Below, one piece after another: positions 55,149 to 64,000 of a stretch of 64,000 nucleotides of DNA. A program made the position numbers and the translations under genes. The notes under the pieces are model-generated. The model did no database searches and had not been told where the DNA came from. It saw nothing but the letters and a program-made list of their open reading frames with translations. Origin of the DNA: an uncultured Planctomycetota bacterium (lineage in GTDB: Bacteria > Planctomycetota > Planctomycetia > Isosphaerales > Isosphaeraceae); assembly GCA_963845755.1 (NCBI GenBank), contig CAWJTV010000009.1, forward strand, positions 224,001 through 288,000, given 5' to 3'. How positions within the stretch are numbered: position 1 is the first letter of the stretch; every line of letters begins with the position of its first letter.

Positions 55149-57805
55149 ACCTTAGCCCCGCGGCCGACCCGTTCAATGGGACGGCGACCCCCGAGATCAC
55201 CTGGTACCCGGGCATCCTGCCGGGCGTCGTCGCGGGCTCGGCACCTCGACGGGCTCCGCCGCCGGCTATCAGTCGAAGCTCCCGACTGTGACCGCGGGCA
55301 CCCGGCAGACGAAGTATTACTGGGTCTGCCTGCGACGGCCCGCCAACCCGTTCGCCCCGGTCTCCGCGGCCAATCCCATGCTGGTGGTCGACGCCATGCG
55401 CTTCCCCTACATCGACGGCACCGCGCCGATGACCGGCCAGGGCCCGAGCGGAGGACCGTCCGACGGTCCCCAACCTGACGGCACCGCAGACGAACACGGT
55501 CTATTCGGCCCAGCGTTTCCAGCCCTACCGCGGCGGCCACGCCGTCCCGGTCGCCGGCGGCACGCGCCGCGGGACCGCGCAGCCGACGCTCGATGCCCGC
55601 TACGGCTATACCGAGCAGATCGCGGCGCCGACGGGATATTCCAACCTGCTGGGGACCCAGGGCATCTACTACACCGAGCTCGACCGGCACAGGCGCGACG
55701 CCCTACTATTCGACCAGACCCGATCTACCACACGCTGGGGATCGCCAACGACCAGGCCGAGTCGTGGGATTACTTCCCGTTCCACGACCGCGACTTCACC
55801 GGCGTGGCCGAGCTGCTGCTGGTGCCGGGCTGCCCGCCGGGGCTGTTCACCAAGCAATTCGCCGAGTTCGCCCCGTCGCGGAGCAGCGCGGGCTTCTTCG
55901 CCCAGGTCGAGCCGCAGTCGGCCCCGCCGTCGATCATCACGCCATTCGGCGACCGCCGCGACGGCCTTCGTGACCGGCTCGACGACCAACCCGATGCCTG
56001 CCCACACCTTCCCGTATCTCGTGGACAAGTTCTTCTATACCGGCGCGTCGAGCGCGGCGGACACGGGCGGGACGCTGGTCGGCGGCCCGACCGGCGACGG
56101 CTGGTTGCGAGATGTTCGACTTCTTCGAGGTGCCCAGCCCAGATGATGGGGGCGACCGGACCCGTCGCGCAGGGGGCCAATTTCGACTGGGAGCGGCAGG
56201 ACACGAGGCCGGGGCTGCTGAACCTCAACCTGATCATCGACGAGGAGGTCTTCTTCAGCATCGCCGGCCGGCAGGATGCCAACTTCAACCAGCAATGGCT
56301 CAATTTCATCCAGGTTCCGTCGCTTCCCCCCGGGACGTATTCACTGCCGCTTCACGGCAGGACGCCGATCCCGCAGTATGGACCGCCCGTGCCGCTGGTG
56401 GTCACCGCGATAGACGCGAACGGATCACCGGCTTATGTATATCCGATCGCGAACCAGGGCGTTACGGCCACGGATCCGATCCTCGCCGCGCTCAACCAGG
56501 GCAATCCGGCCGGGCCCAGCCGGGATCGTGGACAGCCGGATCAAGGCGGCTTTTGCCCAGTTCCTGTGGGTGCGGCACGGCGGCTCGGGCTACCTCTTCG
56601 GGTTCGGGAACGGCGCCGTCGGCCAGAATAGCGCGGTCGTGCCGATCGCCCCTGCCAATCCTACACCGCCCGGCTACGGCTCGGGCATCCCGGCGGAACG
56701 GCCGTTCCGCTCGCTTTCGTATCCCGATATCGATCACACGGTGATGCGCCCAGCGACGCTCCCGCCGTCGCCGTTCACCAACCCGGCGAGCACGGACCCG
56801 ACCTCCTACACGGCCGATCCGGGCGTGAGGAATCCCAATCTTTACCCGGGATACCCGACGCAGGGTGCCCCGACGGGCAGTGCGGTGGGCGCTGGTAAGT
56901 CGCCGGTCTATCCGGGCGCAATCCCCGTCCGCCGGCTCTTCCAGGTCCCCGACGCCAACGTCGAGAGCAACGCGAGCGAGTCGGGTGATTCGTTCATCGA
57001 CAACCAGGAACCGACTCCTCCGGCCAATATGACCACGAACTCGCCTCCGGTACCCACCGCCGGCGCGCTACCCCCGGTCACGCTCGGAATCAATGGAACG
57101 CCGGTAACCTTCGCGTTCAATCAGGGGTATCCGAATCTGGTCTGGTCGATCTGGCCGGGCAACAACTTTCCCGAATCTTCCGACAGCACCGGTGACGAGC
57201 GTCGGGCTGGGCAAGCCGAGCGACGCCAGCTCGACCCTGCTCGATGCTCGGGAGCACCCATTCTGGCGGATCGAAATGCTGCAGCGCGTCATGAATCTGA
57301 CGACGGTGCGGACCCATCAATACGCTGTCTGGATCACCGTCGGGTTCTTCGAGGTGAAGCGGCAGGGCAACGTTTCAATGATCGTCTCGGGCGATCCTCG
57401 GCTGGCATTCGACGTCCTCGGGCCCGAGATCGGACTGCCTGATCAAAAAAACCGCCGTTATCGCGGCTTCTTTCTGGTCGACCGCCTCAAGCTCGACGGA
57501 TTCGCCTCGTCCTCCCCCCGCCGGTCGCTGTCGGCCGTCGTGTACCGCCAGCCGATCCAGTGAACTCCTTCAAAATGCAGCGAGGAGGAGAAAGAAAGCT
57601 CTTGTATCCGACTCTGACGATATCGCGCCCTTTTGGGGACCATCCCATGGAATGTGACCCAAGAAGACGAGGCTGGAACTGGCCGACGGGATTAGCCATC
57701 CCGGTGGTCGAGGCTGTGAATCGACCGCAGCAGAGTCTTTTCGCGGAAACGGTGGCACGGCCCCGCGCCGTGCTTATCGGGGAGGGAGGGACGGCATTCC
57801 AGAAT

Positions 57806-58264
57806 TCAATGAGGACGGCACGAGAGGAGACGCTCATGTTCTTGAATCATCATAGTCGCCACGACGGGGTCGTATTTGAACTTCGGCGTCGCCTGTCTCA
57901 GCCTGGCCAACTCAGTCTCGAGTTCCTGTTTTTCAAGCCGCAAAGCTCCGGCGTTCGATTCGAACAATAGGTCGCGGAGCTGGCCTATCCAATGCGTCGT
58001 GACGAGCTGTTGCCGGAACGGATCGCCGACCCACGGGCCGACGGACAGAGACAGATACCCACCGCCAAAGACGGCGAACCCCAGCCACCACGCCCGCTCC
58101 CGGCCTCGCATCAGGCTCGCCCCAAGGACCGCAACTCCGACGGCGGACAGGGCAGTCAGGAGCATCATCTCGGCCCAGTCCTCATTCACGTTACGGAGAG
58201 CCGCCAGACCGACGGCGGCGAGGACGATGAATGCCATCAGGGTCCGGATGGAGAAGCGGAGCAT
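57806..58264 (-). CDS. Planctomycete-type hypothetical membrane protein
   Basis: MLRFSIRTLMAFIVLAAVGLAAL start, RAWWLGFAVFGGGYL motif and GAGGAGG RBS; C-terminus may be truncated. Confidence 0.7.
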   Translation of the reverse strand: MLRFSIRTLMAFIVLAAVGLAALRNVNEDWAEMMLLTALSAVGVAVLGASLMRGRERAWWLGFAVFGGGYLSLSVGPWVGDPFRQQLVTTHWIGQLRDLLFESNAGALRLEKQELETELARLRQATPKFKYDPVVATMMIQEHERLLSCRPH

Positions 58265-58399
58265 GCTGCCTCCTCGCGATGGTCCGATTCCTCCGGGCGA
58301 TTCCCCGCCGTATGATTTTGGGTGCCGAGGCCGGCCACCTTGACAACATGGTCGCGGCTGGCGGGGTTGAACGGCTTTCAGACGGCGCTAATACGGAGG

Positions 58400-58744
58400 C
58401 TAGGTCCCGCCCTCGAGCCGGCCCGGCCGACACCCCCGCCGCACCTGTCCAGTGTGCCGTGCGCGGAAGGATGCGGCAACGACCTGCTCCGCCACCTCAC
58501 CACTGCGGCTTTCGGGGCTCCAGGGCGTCCTGGACCGCCAGCTTGACGACCTCGGGATGGATCCCCGGGCCGACCCGTCGCAACACTTCCTTCTCGATCG
58601 CGTCGGGTTCACCGCCGACCTGCGCCGCCAAGTCCCTGCCCCAGCCGTGGTCAAATGTAGCCATCTCCGCCAGCCGAGCAGCTCCACCGTAGGCGATGCG
58701 ATAGCCGAGGCGCTACTGGGAGTCTTCGGGGAGTTCTCGAGCAT
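58400..58744 (-). CDS. Hypothetical protein (possibly degraded)
   Basis: ORF only; no recognisable motif. Confidence 0.25.
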   Translation of the reverse strand: MLENSPKTPSSASAIASPTVELLGWRRWLHLTTAGAGTWRRRSAVNPTRSRRKCCDGSARGSIPRSSSWRSRTPWSPESRSGEVAEQVVAASFRARHTGQVRRGCRPGRLEGGT

Positions 58745-59153
58745 CCCCTATCATCGACCTGGGGACGAGTCGGGGCCAAGCGTACACTGGTTGTAGGGTG
58801 GGCGAAGTGGCTCGGCTTGGGAGGGCGTCAGGGCGATCGTGGGGGCTCAGGGTGGCTCCGAAGGGGATCATGCACTTCCACGGATAACTTCCGCGGGAAG
58901 CAGGGTCGCGAGTACACGTAGCGCGTTCGTATCAACCTCGGTATTGGCTAGGATGGTCAGTGTTTCCGCATTCCCATCAGGATCTTGAGGATCAGATCTG
59001 TCAGGATTTCTTGACTCGTGAACGACTGCAATTCCTGACCGTCTCGCTCCAGTTCGGGACGAGAACCCAATTGGCAGATAGGGCTATCGGAATACAATCG
59101 CTTGCGTTCTCTACCAGACCGGAATCCCGTAATCACGACGCGAGGTAGGTGCC

Positions 59154-59456
59154 ATGGACACCGAGCAATGTCCGAAGTGTGACGCGAAGTCGGTCGTGGC
59201 CGGACGCTTCTCAGAGATGAGAGGGTGGCGTCACCAATGGTTTGAACCGACGGGCATGCGATTCTTCAACTTTCGCTTATGGGTACGGGGGCTCTCTTGT
59301 CCTGAGCCCTTCCGAGCATGCCTGACGTGCGGACTCGTCTGGACGCACCTGCAACCGGAAGACCTCCGCACGTTCATCGACAAGTACGGCGACACCGAGA
59401 CCAAGCTCAAGCTGTCGCCCTCCCAGAAAGGCTATCCGGAACAAGATCTGGTCTAA
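59154..59456 (+). CDS. Small zinc-ribbon-like protein
   Basis: CPKC...ACLTCG pairs; GAGGTAGG RBS; 100 aa. Confidence 0.7.
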   Translation: MDTEQCPKCDAKSVVAGRFSEMRGWRHQWFEPTGMRFFNFRLWVRGLSCPEPFRACLTCGLVWTHLQPEDLRTFIDKYGDTETKLKLSPSQKGYPEQDLV

Positions 59457-59749
59457 CCAGACGGCACGTCTCTGGCGACGTTCGCGACGAGGTCGAACGG
59501 TAGACTTTGCCACGGCGCACCCATTCGTCGATCCGACCGAGGTGCGCTGGTGAACGATCCCGACGAGCAGTCTGGGCCGCCTCGGACAAATACATGGCCA
59601 CAGCATGCAACGGGGATGGTTCGGTCGGTTCCCATAACTCCTCATCAGACCTCGAACTCGAACGGCCCGCTTTGTACTGATAGGATGCAGCGGTTCCCCG
59701 AGTGGGAGAAACGGGGAATGTCCGCAAGTCCCAATCGACCTTCGTCCAG

Positions 59750-60011
59750 GAGCCGATGGCGGAAGCAGGCCCTGGCATGGCTCGAGGCCGACCTGGCGGC
59801 GTGGTCCAAGACCCTGGACAGCGCGCCCCTTGGGCCGCGCCCGGCCGTCCTCCGGTCGCTCCAGCACTGGAAGGCCGACCCCGACCTGGCCGGACTGCGC
59901 GACCAGGGTGCACTAAACAAGGTACCGGAGGAGGAACGGAACGCCTGTCGTACTCTGTGGGCTCGGGTCGATGCGTTGCTGGCCAAGGCCAGTCGGCGCA
60001 ATTCGCCGTGA
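59750..60011 (+). pseudogene. C-terminal remnant of a planctomycete kinase/TPR-type protein
   Basis: WRKQALAWLEADL...LQHWKADPDLAGLRD...EERNACRTLWARVDALL. Confidence 0.7.
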
Positions 60012-60146
60012 GAGCCGATCTGTAGGGTGGATCAAATCCACAGGGATGGCCTCGGCCGGCGTCGGTAGGTTGGACCCACGCGACGAATCCCCCGACCGAG
60101 ATAAGCCTTGAGGCTGGCACGCCGTCACAGGCTCGAGCTCGTCCGA

Positions 60147-61692
60147 TCATGGCTTCGGCCTGGAATGGTCCGGCGATGCGGAGTCCTTGGGGACGTCGTC
60201 CCGCTTGGTGGCGGCGCCCCGAGTTACAAGGACGTATCGTTTCTCACGCTTGGTAACGATCCCGTCGAACGGGGCCTTGATGGTGTGCTCATTAACGGCC
60301 TGTTCGCCGGTCTCCTCGATGGTCAGCGTATAGCTCCCGCGATTGTCGGCGTCAGGCGAGTAATCGAGGAAGAACGCCATCAAGAAGACGTCGGACTTGG
60401 GGGCGATGTTCCACGGAGACCGGAAGGTGATCGACTTCCCCGGTGCCAGCACGGTCTGGCGGAAGGCGTAGCAATCCTCTTCGTCGGTGCCGTAGAACAG
60501 CACCACGCCGGGGAAGGGATCGGCGTCGACGCCCGTCTCGGCGGTCATGAAAGCCTCACCGGAGGCAGTCACCGTGTAGGTCTTGCCGCGTTCCAGGTCG
60601 ATGCGGAGGACGCCGTCATTCCGGCGATCGCTCGCCTTGAGGCTCATCATCGACAGGTAGATGCAGTGTCGGGCCGGGTCAACGGTGATCTCCTTCTTGC
60701 CGCCTTTGGCGTCGGCCGGGATCCAGTTCGACGACCAGGTTGCCCCCCTTGCCGGGGATGGCCTGCGGGGTCCGCCGGGTCGTCGGGGCAGGGGCCTCCT
60801 GCTCGCGGCGCCCGCCCGCGGGTTGGGCCGACACGACCGCGCCGGCCGCGACGACTCCGAGCACCAGGGCGGCTGCGAACGCCTTCAATTTGGTCAGAAT
60901 CATAGTCCTGCATGTCCTTTCGCACAGGGAAACCACCGATCGGGAAATCATGCCGGAGCTTGCCGCTTCACCCGCCGAGAGCGTCGTGGCGGCCCGGGTC
61001 GTCGCCTGCATCAGGCCCGGCCGGACCGCCACAGCCGGAATCGGCGGCCGGCCGGCGTCGAGGATGGCGGGGATCTCGATGCCGCGCCGGGTCAGCCGCG
61101 CCCGCAGCCGCTCGCGAGCCCGAGCCAGCCGGCCCCGAATTGTGTCCGCCGAGACGCCAAGGCGGGCCGCTGCCGCCTGGTAGGACATCGCTTCCAGGTA
61201 GCACAGGACGATGGGCGCCCGGTACGTCTCGGGGAGCCGGGCAATCTCCTCGGAAAGCGTCGCCCATGCGTCGGACGGGTGCCGATCCGGGATGACCTCC
61301 CATTCCGGGCCGCGGGCCTCGGCCAGTCGCAGCTCATGCCGCCTGCGGCGCACGGCATCGACCTTCGCCCGGGATGCGACGCGATGCGCCACGCCGTGCA
61401 GCCAGCTACCGAGCGAGTCCTTCACCCAGAGGGAGGGGGCCTTGCGGGCCAGCACGAGGAACGTGGCCTGGAAGGCGTCCTCGGCGGAATGCTCGTCGTG
61501 CAAGACGCCCCGGCAGACGCGGAAGACCATCGGCCCGTGCCGCTCCACCAGGGCCTGGAAAGCCAGCTCGGCGCCGTCCTCATGGCGAGTGGCGAACCGC
61601 TCGAGGAGCTGGGCATCCGTCAGCCCGACGACCGAGCCAAGGTTCCACAATTGATGCACGTGCCAGAGCAACCCAGCCGGTCCGTTTGCCAT
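60147..61692 (-). CDS. ECF sigma factor with TM segment and C-terminal extension (planctomycete ECF57-like), frameshift at ~60720
   Basis: TDAQLLERF, LVERHGPMV, AEDAFQATFLVL, LPETYRAPIVLCYLE and GRLARAR motifs; continues into 60147..60650. Confidence 0.88.
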
Positions 61693-62590
61693 GCCCGATC
61701 CCTCCTGCGACTCGCCTCGTCTCAGTGTAATGCCGGGAAGGGGGCCTCGCCTCACGGTTTTTCCGGAGGTGTTACCGATCGGGCTCGGAGAAACGCCTGA
61801 TCAAGGGCCTATTTGTGACACCGGAGGGCTGGCCTCAGAACAGCTCCACGTGGAGCAACACCGTGGCCAGCTATCGTGTGCTTCAGATCTGCCACAAGCA
61901 GTTGGCTCCCAGATACTCGCAATTGGTCGCCGACGAGGCATCCCGCGAGCGGGTCCATCACTTGAAGTCGCCCAGAACCATGAAGGCGTTCCTCCATGCC
62001 GTCAGGCACAAGTCTTGGGGCAGGTTGAGGAGAGGCGCCCAGTAACAGGTTTCGGGGACGCCCCGGAACCTGGCGGCCGGAGCAAAGGCCACAGCGCGGG
62101 CGGTTCTGCGTGGGTCCCGGGTCGTGCGCGGCGTCGATCCGAGCGAAGCGCGCAACGCGTTGGTTCGGACCTATGTACCGTCGCCGCGATATTCGGACGG
62201 GGTCGGGGCTCGGCACCGTACTCGCCGCTCCCCTGGCTGAGTACGGCTCGGCGGCCGCCGAGCGTGTGCCACCGCAGAGGCGGCTCCCGTGTTGCATACT
62301 GGCCTGCCAACCCACGCCCGGCGGGGAGGAGCCTCCTCTGTAGGTCGAGGAAGACTCTGACTCAGGACATCACGTACGGACGCGTCCGGCCGCCAGGACT
62401 TAACCTCTTTCCCAGACGATTGTTGCGGCGTGTCACCTCGGCAAGGGCGAATGGATCGAAAGAACTAAGGAGTCTCCTTGGGCCCACTGTCGATCTGGCC
62501 CATTGTCGTTCGACTACGTTGTGGCGTGCGATTAGGTGACTGTGAATCACCATGCCTGGATTCTCTCCCACATGTATCAGGAGTACAGAA

Positions 62591-63130
62591 ATGACGCGAC
62601 AACTAATTGTTTGCGCAATGCTACTGGTCCTTCCGCTTGCGGCCTACGGCGAGGACAAGAGCCAGAGCGGCAACCGGACGCCGACGGCCACCAATTCCGC
62701 TTTCGAGAAGATGAAGAAGCTGGCGGGCACCTGGCTGGCCGCGGACGAAGACGGCAAGCCGACCGCTCAAGTCATGTCGGTCATTAAGGTGACCGCGGGA
62801 GGCAGTGCGGTCCATGAGACCGTCTTCCCCGGTCAACCGCAGGAGATGGTGTCGATCTACACCGTCGACGGGCCAGACCTCGTCATGACTCATTACTGCG
62901 TGCTGGGCAACCAACCTCGACTGAAGGCCGACCCGAAATCGCCATCGAACCAGATCTGCTTCCAGTTCGCCGGTGGCTCAAATCTGGACCCGACGAAGGA
63001 CAAACACATGCATTCCGCGACGCTCACCGTCGTCGACGACTGCCACATCGAGGTCGCAGGGGTCGGCTGGCAAGGCGGCGCGCCCGCGAAAGACATGTGC
63101 TGCGGTCTGAAACTGGTGCGCAAGAAGTAA
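62591..63130 (+). CDS. Conserved-looking secreted hypothetical protein
   Basis: AGGAG RBS, signal peptide, AFEKMKKLAGTW and MTHYCVLGNQPRL motifs. Confidence 0.75.
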   Translation: MTRQLIVCAMLLVLPLAAYGEDKSQSGNRTPTATNSAFEKMKKLAGTWLAADEDGKPTAQVMSVIKVTAGGSAVHETVFPGQPQEMVSIYTVDGPDLVMTHYCVLGNQPRLKADPKSPSNQICFQFAGGSNLDPTKDKHMHSATLTVVDDCHIEVAGVGWQGGAPAKDMCCGLKLVRKK

Positions 63131-63505
63131 CAGCGGCGTCCGGACAACGCGGCCCAGAATGCATCAACGTGCTGGGTTCTGCCGAGGCTGTCGCGTCGAA
63201 CCGTTTCGGTCGGCGCGCAGTCTCGTGCCGCTGGAGCATCTGGACCATGGTATTCAGACGTTGGTTACGTCAGATCCCCCACGCGCCGGCGTGCGCCGTC
63301 GTCTGCCTGGCTTGTTCCCGTCCTGGAGCGGATCAACGGGATCCCGCGACTCCCTTTCCCCGCGGCTCCACGACTGCCCTTCCCTCGCGGCCGGGCCGGT
63401 GCTATCCTTTCGGGTCTAGAGTGTCCAGATGGACAGGTGATCCGAGAGGAGGGCGAGATGGGCTCAACACAGGGAGGCCGGGGAGGCCGGGACGGAGCGG
63501 ACACG

Positions 63506-64000
63506 GTGACCAACACCCCGGCGGGTCTCCACGCCTTCATTGAGGAGACCTACCGGGCGGAGTCCCGTCGGGTCTTCGCATCGCTTGTGCGGCTGCTCCG
63601 GGACTTTGACCTGGCGGAGGAGGCGCTGCACGAGGCCTTCGCGGCGGCGGTCGAGCGATGGGGGCGGGAGGGTATCCCGGATAACCCGAGGTCGTGGCTC
63701 GTATCCACGGGGCGATTCAAGGCGATCGACGCCCTGCGCCGCCGCGGCGCCTTCGCCGGCCGGCAGCGGGAGATCGCCGAGCGGTTCACGGAAGTCGCCG
63801 AGTCGAACGCGGCCCGAGCGGGCGAGGAGATCGAGGATGACCGGCTACGGCTCATCTTCACCTGCTGCCACCCCGCCATCGATCTGAAGGTCCAGATCCC
63901 GCTCACCCTTCGCGAAGTGTGCGGCCTCACGACCGACGAGATCGCTGCCGCCTTCCTGACCGCTCCCGCGACCATGGCGCAGCGGATCGTCCGGGGCAAG
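63506..64000 (+). CDS. ECF sigma factor (ECF42/DUF6596-like), runs off the window end
   Basis: YRAESRRVFASLVRLLRDFDLAEEALHEAF, IEDDRLRLIFTCCHPA, LTLREVCGLTTDEIAAAFL and MAQRIVRGK motifs. Confidence 0.9.
   Translation, partial: MTNTPAGLHAFIEETYRAESRRVFASLVRLLRDFDLAEEALHEAFAAAVERWGREGIPDNPRSWLVSTGRFKAIDALRRRGAFAGRQREIAERFTEVAESNAARAGEEIEDDRLRLIFTCCHPAIDLKVQIPLTLREVCGLTTDEIAAAFLTAPATMAQRIVRGK

Larger units (their letters stand above)
49943..57563 (+). pseudogene. Giant (~2000 aa) PilX/GspK-like prepilin-leader protein, IS-interrupted and multiply frameshifted
   Basis: RRRGIALILVLAIIALMALIGVVF leader; MDEDYDACD, DVDNDGDG..DSVW, KINLN, ALNEVL, GLLNLN and TTVRTHQYAVWITVGFFEV motifs across eight or more ORF segments. 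Confidence 0.8.

Noticed and set aside
58792..60085. GTAG-type REP-like motifs (gtagggtgg at ~58792 and ~60022)
   Set aside because: Only two short, degenerate copies and no RAYT gene; too weak to call.
61815..62540. Short overlapping ORFs between the two ECF loci
   Set aside because: No recognisable motif or RBS; cannot choose a coding frame.

Overview
A GC-rich accessory region. Lineage-typical proteins (DUF4058, long ACP, LEPR-XLL-like motif, extended ECF sigma factors, giant PilX-like protein) suggest a planctomycete, probably Isosphaeraceae. It holds seven IS elements (3 IS4, 1 ISAs1, 3 IS630), five of them packed or nested into 15.4-22.1 kb, plus a ~330-bp MITE sharing ends with a local IS630. 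These elements disrupt an ACP gene, a GntR/FadR gene, a hybrid histidine kinase and a ~2000-aa PilX-like gene. Readable loci are GH144 plus transketolase, an EmrA-EmrB-TolC operon, a second HlyD-TolC-X-lipoprotein-MFS operon, a di-heme CcP/MauG-family gene and three sigma factors. The most notable locus is a co-oriented minus-strand respiratory cluster: selenocysteine formate dehydrogenase (in-frame UGA plus SECIS hairpin), Fe-S subunit, NrfD anchor and cytochrome bd (cydAB). Other notable items are a dispersed ~180-bp AT-rich element in two copies and about ten fused or truncated gene fragments. Many single-base frameshifts may be assembly errors. All family assignments come from motif recognition, not database searches.
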